A stretch of DNA of 64,000 nt from an uncultured Mycoplasmatota bacterium (GTDB lineage Bacteria > Bacillota_I > Bacilli_A > RF39 > UBA660). The notes under the pieces are model-generated. The model saw nothing but the letters and a program-made list of their open reading frames with translations. It searched no databases and was not told the origin of the DNA. A program made the position numbers and the translations under genes. Positions 30,939-40,119 of this stretch are shown piece after piece; position 1 is the stretch's first letter; each line of letters opens with the position of its first letter. Location of the stretch: the NCBI GenBank assembly GCA_900554315.1, contig USGP01000003.1:9208-73207 (forward strand). The letters run 5' to 3'.

Positions 30939-32027
30939 TTATTTTCCTACCTTTCTTACTACTTGAGTTTGTTCTTCTGATGGTACAAGCCCTGCTTGTA
31001 TCATCGCATTTAATTCTATATCAGAACCAGTTAATACTGGTGATATCTTTGTTGGCTGTGCTTGTTCTTGTCGTGCTTCTACTGGCACAATTTGTTTTGA
31101 GGATGTTTTTGGCTGTTCTGGATGCTTTGTTTCTTCTGGTGGTACAAGTGCCGCTTGTTGTGCTTTTATTTGTAAAAGTCTTGCTCTAAGTTGTTCCAAT
31201 GATTCTTTACTATGCATACTTTCTATTATTGTATCTACTGAATACAAATCTTTTCCTTCTTGCTTTGCTTGTTTTAAGTCTGCAATTAAATCTGGATTTT
31301 CTTGATATGCCTTTTTTATACTCGTAATACTTTTCTTAGCTAGTCCTTTTTTATTTGCAACCATTCTCGATAAATAATACTCTTGAGCATTTATGCATTG
31401 TAGATTTTTAAATCCAGCTAAGATTTGATATCCTCCTAATACAAATGGCAGTACTGGCACTCCAGCAATTCCTGCACCAACACAGATTCCTAAGATAATA
31501 CCATTTTTTATTAAACATTTTTGATGAATATTTTTGTTTTTTTCAATATATCTTGCAAACTGTTCTGTTCTACTATCTACACCTACATAGTAATTTATAC
31601 TTCTTTCTTCTTTTAATTGCCTTCTTGTTAATACTTTGCTTCGTTTTGCTTGAGCAATTATTTCTTTCTTTTCTGATTCTGATTTTGATCTTTTCAGCAA
31701 TTTCTTGGTGTTTTTATCTACCGCTTCATCAGACCATTTGATTACTCTCTCTTCCTTTAGTACTTTTTTTATAAATCTAAATTTTGCTTTATCAAACTTC
31801 TTTATGAACTTTCTAAAAGCTTTCGCTCCTAGTTTTCCATGAAGTTTTGCTTTATCTAAATAAATCTGTCTTTCTCTTTTATCCTTTTCTTGTTGACTTA
31901 ACTCTTCTGGAATTTCGATTTTGTCTGGATGAAAAAGTAATTTATAATTATATTTTATTTTTTTTGCTTTTTCTCTTATGGTGTCAATAACTCTAACCAT
32001 AAGCCAATCCCCCTTCATCGTTGACAT
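30939..32027 (-). CDS. membrane protein with a possible N-terminal J-domain-like segment and a Q/A-rich C-terminus
   Basis: KYNYKLLFHPDK resembles the J-domain HPD motif. Basic K-rich region, one long TM (GIILGICVGAGIAGVPVLPFVLGGYQILAGF), repeated LVPxEE motif. Confidence 0.35.
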   Translation of the reverse strand: MSTMKGDWLMVRVIDTIREKAKKIKYNYKLLFHPDKIEIPEELSQQEKDKRERQIYLDKAKLHGKLGAKAFRKFIKKFDKAKFRFIKKVLKEERVIKWSDEAVDKNTKKLLKRSKSESEKKEIIAQAKRSKVLTRRQLKEERSINYYVGVDSRTEQFARYIEKNKNIHQKCLIKNGIILGICVGAGIAGVPVLPFVLGGYQILAGFKNLQCINAQEYYLSRMVANKKGLAKKSITSIKKAYQENPDLIADLKQAKQEGKDLYSVDTIIESMHSKESLEQLRARLLQIKAQQAALVPPEETKHPEQPKTSSKQIVPVEARQEQAQPTKISPVLTGSDIELNAMIQAGLVPSEEQTQVVRKVGK

Positions 32028-32090
32028 ATTATATCATAAAAGTATTAAAAAGTCAATTTTTGTTTTATTTTCACCTTCATATAAAAAGCT

Positions 32091-32852
32091 CTATTTTTCA
32101 ATAGAGCTTGATTCATATTTAATCTTTGTTAAATATAGTCCTTCTGCTGGAGCGGTTTTTCCTCCTTTAGATCTATCCTTTTGTTCTAAGAACTGTTGTA
32201 CATACTCTGGGGGTTCTTTTTCTTCTCCTATTTTAATTAATATTCCAACCATATTTCTAATTTGATATCTTAAAAATCCATTACCTGTGAATGTAAATTT
32301 TATAATATCATTATTTAATTTTTCTACTGTTGCGGTTGTAATTGTTCTAATGCAATTTTCTTTTTCTTTATTTTCAGTTACAAATGATCTAAAATCGTGT
32401 TCACCAATTAGATATTGAATTCCTTTTTGCATTCTTTCTAAATTTAAGTGATAATTATATTGAAATACATAATTTCTTTGAATGGGATTATATTCACCTA
32501 TATTTATATAGTATTCATATGTTTTTTCTTTTACATTATATCTAGCATGGAAATCTGGAGGAGCAATTTTAGTATTTATTACATGTATATCGTCTGGAAG
32601 ATTGCTGTTCATGGCTCTTTTTAATTTATATTCTGTGATGTTTACGTCTAAGTCAGCATGACCACATTGCATTTTAGCATGTACTCCTTTATCGGTTCTT
32701 CCTGATGAAATAAACGTTGTTTTTTTATTATTGTTAATTTTTGTTAATGCTTGTTCAATCTGTTCTTGTATTGTATTCATTCCAGGTTGACTTTGATAGC
32801 CTTTATAATTTGTTCCATCATAAGATAACGTTATTAAAAACCTCATATCCAT
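32091..32852 (-). CDS. truA: tRNA pseudouridine(38-40) synthase TruA
   Basis: LSYDGTNYKGYQSQPG...SGRTDKGVHA catalytic Asp motif. Confidence 0.9.
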   Translation of the reverse strand: MDMRFLITLSYDGTNYKGYQSQPGMNTIQEQIEQALTKINNNKKTTFISSGRTDKGVHAKMQCGHADLDVNITEYKLKRAMNSNLPDDIHVINTKIAPPDFHARYNVKEKTYEYYINIGEYNPIQRNYVFQYNYHLNLERMQKGIQYLIGEHDFRSFVTENKEKENCIRTITTATVEKLNNDIIKFTFTGNGFLRYQIRNMVGILIKIGEEKEPPEYVQQFLEQKDRSKGGKTAPAEGLYLTKIKYESSSIEK

Positions 32853-32896
32853 TTATCCTTTCTATCTTTAAGAAAAAATAAACTTTCGTTTATCTT

Positions 32897-33688
32897 TTAT
32901 ACATGTTTATATATATCTTTAATAATATCTCTTATATCTTTGTGATATTCAAGTTTTACTTTTTTCTTCTTTATCGCTTTATAAGTAAATAATACACATT
33001 CTGGTAAAGCAAAACCATTTCTTTTTAAATAGTCTACTCTTTCATAGCCTTCTTCAGTTGGTGCTTCTAAAAATATTCTTTTGTTTTTTACATATAACAT
33101 TTTATCAGTACATTGATAAAGAACATCTGAGTCCTGGGTTGCGATAATAATAATTTTATGAAATTGGTCTTTTAGTTTATTTAAAACCATTATAATTCTT
33201 TTCTTGTTCTTGTTGTCTAATCCTCTAAATGGATCATCTAATATTATCATATCTGGATTTGATAAAAGGCTTATCGCAATCTGTACTTTTTTCTTTTCTG
33301 ATGTTGATAAACTAGTTATATTTCTATCTAATAGACTACTATCTAAACCTACTATTTTTAACGAATCTTTTTCTTTTTTTTCTATGTTTTTTATTTGAAG
33401 GTGATAATAGTTAATAATATAGTCCATATGTTCTTTTATGGTGTTTAAATAATTTATTTTCTGAAACTTTTTATCTACTTTGCTTATCTTCTTATAATAA
33501 TTCAGGTAATTTTCTTCTGTTACTTCTTCACCGTCTATTTGTATTTTTCCTTCGGGAAGTGTTTCTAATCTTAAAATATCTAATAATTCTTCATAATCTG
33601 TACCTGTAATTCCAATTATTTCTTTACCAGATAATGTTGTAGAAAACTCCCAATCATTTTGTTTTATGTTTTCTAATATTATTTCCAT
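32897..33688 (-). CDS. ABC-ATPase-like protein with all catalytic motifs degenerate (at the EcfA2 synteny position)
   Basis: Walker A replaced by GITGTDYEEL, signature LSTSE in place of LSGGQ, Walker B ILDDP (E to D), H-loop Q. Confidence 0.5.
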   Translation of the reverse strand: MEIILENIKQNDWEFSTTLSGKEIIGITGTDYEELLDILRLETLPEGKIQIDGEEVTEENYLNYYKKISKVDKKFQKINYLNTIKEHMDYIINYYHLQIKNIEKKEKDSLKIVGLDSSLLDRNITSLSTSEKKKVQIAISLLSNPDMIILDDPFRGLDNKNKKRIIMVLNKLKDQFHKIIIIATQDSDVLYQCTDKMLYVKNKRIFLEAPTEEGYERVDYLKRNGFALPECVLFTYKAIKKKKVKLEYHKDIRDIIKDIYKHV

Positions 33689-34476
33689 ATAGTATCTACC
33701 ATCCTGTCCATATCAAGTTCTACCTTATTTACTACATTATAATCTCTTAGTTTTACAGATAAATCTACCATGAATGGTAATTCTAGTCCTAACTTATTTA
33801 ATACATTATCTTTTTCAATAATCGTTAATGGTTCTCCTGCTAAGAGAATCTGTTTTTCTGCTATAATTAGTAAATAATCGCTTTCTAAGGCAATATTTAG
33901 ATCACTTGTAATCATAATAATTGCGATTTTAGTTTCTAGCTGAATTGTTCTAAGAAGATTAATCATTTCTTTTTTTTCTTTTGAGTCTAAGTCTTGGCAT
34001 ATATCATCTAAAAATAATATTTGGGGTGATCCTAACATTTTTTCGGCTAATAAAACTTTTATTTTAATAAAATCTGGTACTTCGTTGGGATTTTTCTTTT
34101 GATATTTTGTAAGCTTATATTTTTTCACAATTTCTTTATATGTTTCTTTTTGTTCTTCTTCTGTTTTTTTAAATAAGTGAATTGTATAGTTAAGTTCTTC
34201 TTCTATTGTTTTAAACAAAAATTGTGAATTATCTTGTGGAATAATAGTTCCAGTTATTTCTTTCCACAGATTCTGTGGATATTCTTCTATGTTCATTCCT
34301 AATAATTTTATAGACTCTTTGATCGGTATTTGACCACTTAATATTCTAATTAATGTTGTTTTTCCACAATTGTTAGCACCTGAGATTGTTATAAATTTTG
34401 ATGGTTCTACTTGGAAGGAGATATTTTCAAATATATCTTGATAATTTAAGTTTGTAATTTCTAATAATTCTTTCAT
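33679..34476 (-). CDS. ABC-ATPase-like protein, Walker A intact but signature, Walker B and H-loop degenerate (EcfA1 synteny position)
   Basis: GANNCGKTT Walker A and a Q-loop are present. No LSGGQ, Walker B LFLDDI (no catalytic Glu), H-loop His replaced by Ser. Confidence 0.5.
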   Translation of the reverse strand: MKELLEITNLNYQDIFENISFQVEPSKFITISGANNCGKTTLIRILSGQIPIKESIKLLGMNIEEYPQNLWKEITGTIIPQDNSQFLFKTIEEELNYTIHLFKKTEEEQKETYKEIVKKYKLTKYQKKNPNEVPDFIKIKVLLAEKMLGSPQILFLDDICQDLDSKEKKEMINLLRTIQLETKIAIIMITSDLNIALESDYLLIIAEKQILLAGEPLTIIEKDNVLNKLGLELPFMVDLSVKLRDYNVVNKVELDMDRMVDTIWK

Positions 34477-34535
34477 ATCAACCCTCCCGTTTTCATGTTT
34501 TATTATATAATAACCGGTTTAAAAAAGCCAGTATA

Positions 34536-35288
34536 TTATCTGGCTTTTTTCTTTTGAATTTTGTAGGCACAACGTAGTAAAAACTTGTCTGATAGAAATC
34601 TGCCAAAAAATTTAGCACATTTCATTGTAAATCCTGGTATAATTAGCATCTTCTTTTTAAACATTTGGTCTATTGCATATTTAGCAACAACTGTACTTTT
34701 CATAGGTTTTACGCCAAATTTAACGCCTGCTACATTATTAAAATTAGTATCTACTGGTCCTGGACAAAGAACAGAAATATGTACGTTTGATTTTTTCTTC
34801 TTTTGTTCATACCATAATGCTTCTGATAGTTGGTACACATATGATTTTGTAGCATAGTAAGTACTCATTAATGGTCCAGGCTGAAAAGCAGCAGAAGATG
34901 CAACATTTAGAATATAACCAGAATTTCTTTTTTCCATATCTTTTAAGAATGATTTCGTTAGTATATGTAGAGCTTTAATATTGGTGTCTATCATATTTAA
35001 TTCTCTTTGTAAGTCGGTCTGAGTAAATTCTCCAAATACTCCAAATCCAGCATTATTAATTAAAATATCTATATTTTCCTTTTTGGTTAATACATATAGT
35101 TCTTTTACTTTTTGTTCATTTGATAAATCGGCAACTATGATAGTTACTTTGGTTGGTAGGGCTTCCTGAATTTTTTCTAATTTTTCCCTATTTCTCGCTA
35201 CTAAAATTAATTCACATTTTTTTGTTGCTAGATATCTAGCCATATCTAGGCCAATTCCTGACGATGCTCCTGTAATTAATGCTTTCAT
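34536..35288 (-). CDS. SDR family oxidoreductase
   Basis: N-terminal TGASSGIG Rossmann motif plus the YxxxK region. Confidence 0.8.
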   Translation of the reverse strand: MKALITGASSGIGLDMARYLATKKCELILVARNREKLEKIQEALPTKVTIIVADLSNEQKVKELYVLTKKENIDILINNAGFGVFGEFTQTDLQRELNMIDTNIKALHILTKSFLKDMEKRNSGYILNVASSAAFQPGPLMSTYYATKSYVYQLSEALWYEQKKKKSNVHISVLCPGPVDTNFNNVAGVKFGVKPMKSTVVAKYAIDQMFKKKMLIIPGFTMKCAKFFGRFLSDKFLLRCAYKIQKKKAR

Positions 35289-35459
35289 ACCGACACCTCA
35301 ATTCCCTATTTATTTGTCAACTTTATTATATAATAAAACACATAAAAAAAAAAGAATGTTGACATTCCTTTTACTATTTCTATTTTTTTCCTCGTATAAG
35401 AATCTGGAATATTCTCTAAATCAAATTCGCTTAACATGGATTCTAACTCATTTGTATGG

Positions 35460-35720
35460 CTAGTAGAGGATTGGGGTTTTATAATTTAATGCATAACTAG
35501 GTCTTTCATAATTATAATAATTAATGTATAATTTTATTAAATTTATATCCGATTGTCGTGACAACATTTTTAATGTTGGATTATTTTGTCTGTATTTCCA
35601 TTTATAATAACCACTTCTACTCACAGACATATATTCACATAATAATTTTACAGAATACTCATTTTTATATTCATCTATTATTTTGTATTCTTCTCGAATG
35701 TAGTAACGAATTCCTTTTTT
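35460..35720 (-). pseudogene. IS3 OrfB remnant (-1 frame from A6G slippery site), integrase core deleted
   Basis: The -1 frame reads KKGIRYY...VKLLCEYMSVSRSGYYKWKYRQNNPT (OrfB N-terminal HTH_21-like). It joins directly to ...IKLYINYYNYERPSYALNYKTPI (OrfB extreme C-terminus) and stops after 86 codons. Confidence 0.6.
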
Positions 35721-36040
35721 GGACCAACTCCTTTCACTTCGTAACCTTTTTTTAATCGTGCTATTTCAATATCTTTCTTCATTAACTCTATCTCTAATTC
35801 TTCTTCTCTTGATTGAGGTTTTCTTAAATACAATCCCATATTTTTATGGTGTTTAGATGCTTTACCAGTATTTGATATTAAACCATCAAATCCTTTTTCT
35901 TCATAATTTTTTATCCAACGATAAATTTGTCTTCTAGAAATTTTAAATTCATCTGCTAATTTTGTGGCTGATTCACCATTTATATATCGTTTTACAATTA
36001 TTTCTTTTTCTTTTGGTGTTTTCATATTATTTCTCTTCAT
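35678..36040 (-). CDS. IS3-family transposase OrfA (HTH)
   Basis: KRYINGESATKLADEFKISRRQIYRWIKNY is typical IS3/IS150 OrfA. Ends ...GPKKEFVTTFEKNTK across the slippery CCAAAAAAGG. Confidence 0.8.
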   Translation of the reverse strand: MKRNNMKTPKEKEIIVKRYINGESATKLADEFKISRRQIYRWIKNYEEKGFDGLISNTGKASKHHKNMGLYLRKPQSREEELEIELMKKDIEIARLKKGYEVKGVGPKKEFVTTFEKNTK

Positions 36041-36069
36041 AAAATATCCTTCATTTTATTTATAGTAAC

Positions 36070-36112
36070 AAAAAAATGTAGACTGTGTCTTTTTTAGACT
36101 GTCTACATTTAT
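36070..36112 (-). terminator. Rho-independent terminator of the alpha operon (after rplQ)
   Basis: Hairpin atgtagacagtct-aaaaaa-gacacagtctacat followed by TTTTTTTGTT on the minus strand. Confidence 0.6.
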
Positions 36113-36134
36113 TGTATTACTTCATTACTGTGTC

Positions 36135-36527
36135 TTATTTGTCTTCTTTTCCTGCCTTTTTAGCAGGTTTCTTTTCTTCAGGTTTAGCTTCATCTACTAA
36201 CTTTAAAATTACCATTAATGAGTTATCTCCGCGACGTTCTGATAATTTTAAAATTTGAGTGTATCCACCATTACGGTTTTCAAAACGTTTTGCTAAATCA
36301 TGGAAGATTTTATCAACAACTTTTTTGTCATTGTGTAAGAATGCTAAAGCTTTACGACGAGAAACTAAATCACCTTTTTTACCATAAGTAATCATTTTAT
36401 CAACAAACTTACGAACTTCTTTTGCTCTAGTTTCTGTAGTAGTAATTGATTCGTTAACAACTACTTGTTTTGTTAAAGTAGCTAGCATACTTCTTCTATG
36501 TTTGTTATCTACACCTAATTTTCTCAT
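36135..36527 (-). CDS. rplQ: 50S ribosomal protein L17
   Basis: [23 protein letters not shown], typical L17. Confidence 0.9.
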   Translation of the reverse strand: MRKLGVDNKHRRSMLATLTKQVVVNESITTTETRAKEVRKFVDKMITYGKKGDLVSRRKALAFLHNDKKVVDKIFHDLAKRFENRNGGYTQILKLSERRGDNSLMVILKLVDEAKPEEKKPAKKAGKEDK

Positions 36528-36547
36528 AGTTATTTCCTCCTTATATT

Positions 36548-37498
36548 TTAGTCGTCATCACGTAAAACTAGACCCATATCTCTAATTTTGTCTAATACTT
36601 CTTTTAGAGATTTTTTACCTAGATTACGGATTTTCATCATGTCTGATTCACTCTTATTAACAAGATCTTGTAAAGTATGAATTCCAGCTCTCTTTAAGCA
36701 GTTATATGCTCTTACTGAGAAGTCTAAGTCTTCAATTGATGTCTCTAGAGCTTTTACTTTAGGATCTTCTGTCTTTTCAATCATCATTCCACTTACATCT
36801 GCAATTGATGATAAATCTGTTAAGATTTGGAAATGTTCAATTAAAATTCTTGAAGCTAAAGCAATTGCTTCTTCTGGCTTCATAGAACCATTTGTCCATA
36901 CGTCTAAAATTAATTTATCATAACTTTCATCTTGTCCGACACGAGCGTTTGCAACTTCATATGATACTCTTTCAATAGGAGAATATAATGAGTCAATAGC
37001 TATAACTCCTGCTTTCTTAATATCATGGATTTTCTTGTTGTCTTCACTTCTTACATATCCACGACCATTTGAAACAGTCATTTCCATGTTTAGAGATGCT
37101 CCTTTTGATAAAGTAGCGATAACTTTATCTTTGTTAATAACTTCGATATCAGCATCGTGTTCAATATCTCCAGCAGTGATTTCTCCTTCTTTTGTTGTGT
37201 TAATACGAACAATCTTTTCTTCATTTGAATGGTTCTTGAATACTACACCTTTCAAATTTAAAATGATTGTTGTTACATCTTCATAAACACCTTCGATTGT
37301 TTGGAATTCATGAAGAACACCATCAATTTTAATACTGCTAATTGCACTTCCTGGAAGAGATGATAACATTACTCTTCTTAAAGCATTACCAATTGTAGTA
37401 CCAAAACCTCTTTCTAATGGTTCTAATTCAAATCTACCATAGAAATTGCTTTCTACAGAATCTGTTATTTTATAAATTGGTTTTTCAAATTGTAACAT
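36548..37498 (-). CDS. rpoA: DNA-directed RNA polymerase alpha subunit
   Basis: [24 protein letters not shown]-terminal domain and a C-terminal CTD. Confidence 0.9.
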   Translation of the reverse strand: MLQFEKPIYKITDSVESNFYGRFELEPLERGFGTTIGNALRRVMLSSLPGSAISSIKIDGVLHEFQTIEGVYEDVTTIILNLKGVVFKNHSNEEKIVRINTTKEGEITAGDIEHDADIEVINKDKVIATLSKGASLNMEMTVSNGRGYVRSEDNKKIHDIKKAGVIAIDSLYSPIERVSYEVANARVGQDESYDKLILDVWTNGSMKPEEAIALASRILIEHFQILTDLSSIADVSGMMIEKTEDPKVKALETSIEDLDFSVRAYNCLKRAGIHTLQDLVNKSESDMMKIRNLGKKSLKEVLDKIRDMGLVLRDDD

Positions 37499-37522
37499 GA
37501 ACTAACCTCCCTTATTCATTAA

Positions 37523-37906
37523 TTATACACGTGGACGTTTTGGTGGACGACATCCATTGTGTGGTATTGGTGTAACGTCAACAATTGTAGTTACTTCTAA
37601 TCCTGCAGTTTGAAGTGAACGAATTGCTGTTTCTCTACCTGGTCCTAAACCTTTTACACGTACTTCAACTTTACGCATACCCATGTCATATGCAGCTTTT
37701 CCAGCAGCTTCTGCAGCCATACCAGCAGCAAATGGAGTTGATTTTTTACTACCTTTGAATCCAATAGCTCCAGATGATGCCCAGCTAATTACGTTACCAT
37801 CCTTATCTGTGATTGTTGTAATTGTATTATTGAATGTTGAATGAATATGAGCAATACCTTCAGGAACATTCTTTTTAACTTTTTTCTTTCTTGTTTTGTA
37901 AGCCAT
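37523..37906 (-). CDS. rpsK: 30S ribosomal protein S11
   Basis: [13 protein letters not shown]...[12 protein letters not shown]. Confidence 0.9.
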   Translation of the reverse strand: MAYKTRKKKVKKNVPEGIAHIHSTFNNTITTITDKDGNVISWASSGAIGFKGSKKSTPFAAGMAAEAAGKAAYDMGMRKVEVRVKGLGPGRETAIRSLQTAGLEVTTIVDVTPIPHNGCRPPKRPRV

Positions 37907-37944
37907 CTAGTTTACCTCCTTTAAAATTTCTTTCATTAAGTTAA

Positions 37945-38313
37945 CTAAGCTTTTTTCTTGTTAGCTACTACTTTTCCTTTACCTTTACGAGTACGTGCAT
38001 TACGATTTGTTCTTTGTCCTCTTACAGGTAATCCTTTTTTATGGCGACTTCCTTGATATGAGTTAATTTCCATCTTAGTTTTGATGTTCATATTTACTTC
38101 ACGACGAAGATCACCTTCTGTTAAATGTTTGTTAATTTCATCACGAATTTTAACTAAATCTTCTTGAGATAAATCTTTTGTCTTTGTTGTTGGATCAATT
38201 TTTGCAGCTTTTAAAATTTGTTTTGCTAAACTTTGTCCAATACCATAAATATAAGTTAATGAAATACAAATGTGTTTGTCGTTTGGAATATCTACACCTT
38301 TAATACGTGCCAT
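37945..38313 (-). CDS. rpsM: 30S ribosomal protein S13
   Basis: [26 protein letters not shown]. Confidence 0.9.
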   Translation of the reverse strand: MARIKGVDIPNDKHICISLTYIYGIGQSLAKQILKAAKIDPTTKTKDLSQEDLVKIRDEINKHLTEGDLRREVNMNIKTKMEINSYQGSRHKKGLPVRGQRTNRNARTRKGKGKVVANKKKA

Positions 38314-38332
38314 ATCTTACACCTCCTAAAAA

Positions 38333-38446
38333 TTATCCTTGTCTTTGTTTGTGTTTTGGATTTTCACAAATGATTCTAACTGTACCTTTACGTTTTACAA
38401 CTTTGCATTTTTCGCAAATTGGTTTAACAGATGCTTTTACTTTCAT
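38333..38446 (-). CDS. rpmJ: 50S ribosomal protein L36
   Basis: Hand-translated [37 protein letters not shown]. Too short for the ORF track. Confidence 0.85.
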   Translation of the reverse strand: MKVKASVKPICEKCKVVKRKGTVRIICENPKHKQRQG

Positions 38447-38459
38447 ACTATCCCTCCTA

Positions 38460-38675
38460 TTATTTACGATAGGTTATACGCCCACGTGTTAAGTCATAAG
38501 GCGAAAGTTCTATCATTACGGTATCTCCTGCTAAGATACGAATATAGTTCATTCGTATTTTACCAGAAACGTGAGCTTCCACAATGTGTCCATTTTCTAG
38601 TTGAACTTTGAATTTTCCACCTGGGATAATTTCAAGAACTTTACCTTCCATTTCAATTGTATCTTCTTTGGCCAT
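38460..38675 (-). CDS. infA: translation initiation factor IF-1
   Basis: [13 protein letters not shown]...LTRGRITYR. Confidence 0.9.
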   Translation of the reverse strand: MAKEDTIEMEGKVLEIIPGGKFKVQLENGHIVEAHVSGKIRMNYIRILAGDTVMIELSPYDLTRGRITYRK

Positions 38676-38678
38676 CTT

Positions 38679-39428
38679 TTACCACTCTCCTGTTAAGATT
38701 TGATATCCATCTTTTGTTACTGCTACTGTATGTTCAAAATGTGCTGATAAGCTTCCGTCTACTGTATCAATAGTCCAATCATTGTCATGAACAAAGATTT
38801 TAGGACTACCCATTGTTAACATAGGCTCTACAGCAATTACCATACCTTCTCTTAGTCTTGGACCAGTATTTGGAATTCCATAATTTGGAACTTCAGGATC
38901 TTCATGTACAGAAGTTCCTACTCCATGACCACATAATTCTTTTACGACACCTAGGTTATGCTTATGGGCGTATTGTTCAATCGCATAACCAATGTCTCCA
39001 ATTCTATTTCCTGGTTTTACTTGTGCTAAACCAACGAATAGAGCCTCTTCTGTGTCTTTAAGTAACTGTTTTGTCTTTTCATCTACTTCTCCTACTGTGT
39101 AAGTCCAAGCAGAATCCCCATGGTATCCTTTATAACAGGCACCAATATCAATAGAAATAATGTCTCCATTCTTTAATTTTCTATCGCTTGGAAATCCATG
39201 AACTACTTCTGAATTGATACTTGTACATAGTGTAGATGGGAACCCTTCGTATCCTTTAAAAGAAGGAGTCGCATCTTTACTTCTAATGAAGTCTTCTGCT
39301 AATTTATCAAGTTCTTTTGTTGTGATTCCTTCTTTTACAAATGGTTTTAGATACTGATGAGTTTGATATACTATATTACCAGCGATCTTTAATAATTCAA
39401 TTTCTCTTTGACTTTTAATTGTTATCAT
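38679..39428 (-). CDS. map: methionine aminopeptidase type I
   Basis: Pita-bread fold metal ligands (DIGACYKGYHGD...HGVG). Confidence 0.9.
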   Translation of the reverse strand: MITIKSQREIELLKIAGNIVYQTHQYLKPFVKEGITTKELDKLAEDFIRSKDATPSFKGYEGFPSTLCTSINSEVVHGFPSDRKLKNGDIISIDIGACYKGYHGDSAWTYTVGEVDEKTKQLLKDTEEALFVGLAQVKPGNRIGDIGYAIEQYAHKHNLGVVKELCGHGVGTSVHEDPEVPNYGIPNTGPRLREGMVIAVEPMLTMGSPKIFVHDNDWTIDTVDGSLSAHFEHTVAVTKDGYQILTGEW

Positions 39429-39433
39429 TAAAT

Positions 39434-40117
39434 TTATTCATCTCCATCATTTTTCGAGAAGCTAGAATTGCTGATAATCTTTTCTATCTCTCGAAAGACA
39501 TTTTTAATCGTGTCATTACCGTTAACTTCTTTTAGAACACCTTGTTCTCTATAATGTTCTATAATAGGTTCGGTCTTTTCTTTATACATTTTATATCTTG
39601 TTTGGAATGCTTCTAAGTTGTCATCGTTTCTTTGATATAATTTTCCACCACAAACGTCACATACTGATTCCACTTGTGGAGAACTGGATTTATCATTGAT
39701 GTTGTATACTGCATGGCAGTCCTCACATACTCTTCTACCAGTTATTCGTTTTTCTAATGTCTTTTCGTCGATTACAATTGAAATTACATTTCCTACTTCA
39801 TATCCTAACTTTTTTAGGATGTTATCATATTCAACTGCTTGATCTAGACTTCTTGGAAATCCATCAATGATATATCCGTTTTTGCAATCATCTTGCTTTA
39901 GTCTTTCTTCAATTAGTTGATATGTAATTTCATCTTTTACTAATTTACCACTTGCTAATGTTTCATTTACATAATTTCCAATCTCACTATCTTCTTTTGC
40001 TATTTCTCTTAAGATGTCTCCTGTTGAGATATGTGGGATATGATATTTAGCAACTACAAGCTCTGCCTGTGTTCCTTTTCCAGCAGCAGGTGGTGCTATA
40101 AACATAATATTTTTCAT
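39434..40117 (-). CDS. adk: adenylate kinase (zinc-lid type)
   Basis: P-loop APPAAGKGTQA and lid CEDCH...CDVCGG. Confidence 0.9.
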   Translation of the reverse strand: MKNIMFIAPPAAGKGTQAELVVAKYHIPHISTGDILREIAKEDSEIGNYVNETLASGKLVKDEITYQLIEERLKQDDCKNGYIIDGFPRSLDQAVEYDNILKKLGYEVGNVISIVIDEKTLEKRITGRRVCEDCHAVYNINDKSSSPQVESVCDVCGGKLYQRNDDNLEAFQTRYKMYKEKTEPIIEHYREQGVLKEVNGNDTIKNVFREIEKIISNSSFSKNDGDE

Positions 40118-40119
40118 TT

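Larger units (their letters stand above)
35400..36077 (-). mobile_element. IS3-family insertion sequence remnant: intact OrfA, internally deleted OrfB
   Basis: OrfA HTH protein, A-AAA-AAG slippery site, truncated OrfB. Ends not defined. Confidence 0.6.

Noticed and set aside
30319-32090. Prophage or integrative-element remnant between truA and rplM
   Set aside because: No integrase, att-like repeats or phage structural genes. Only two ORFs, so it is recorded as a compositional insertion instead.
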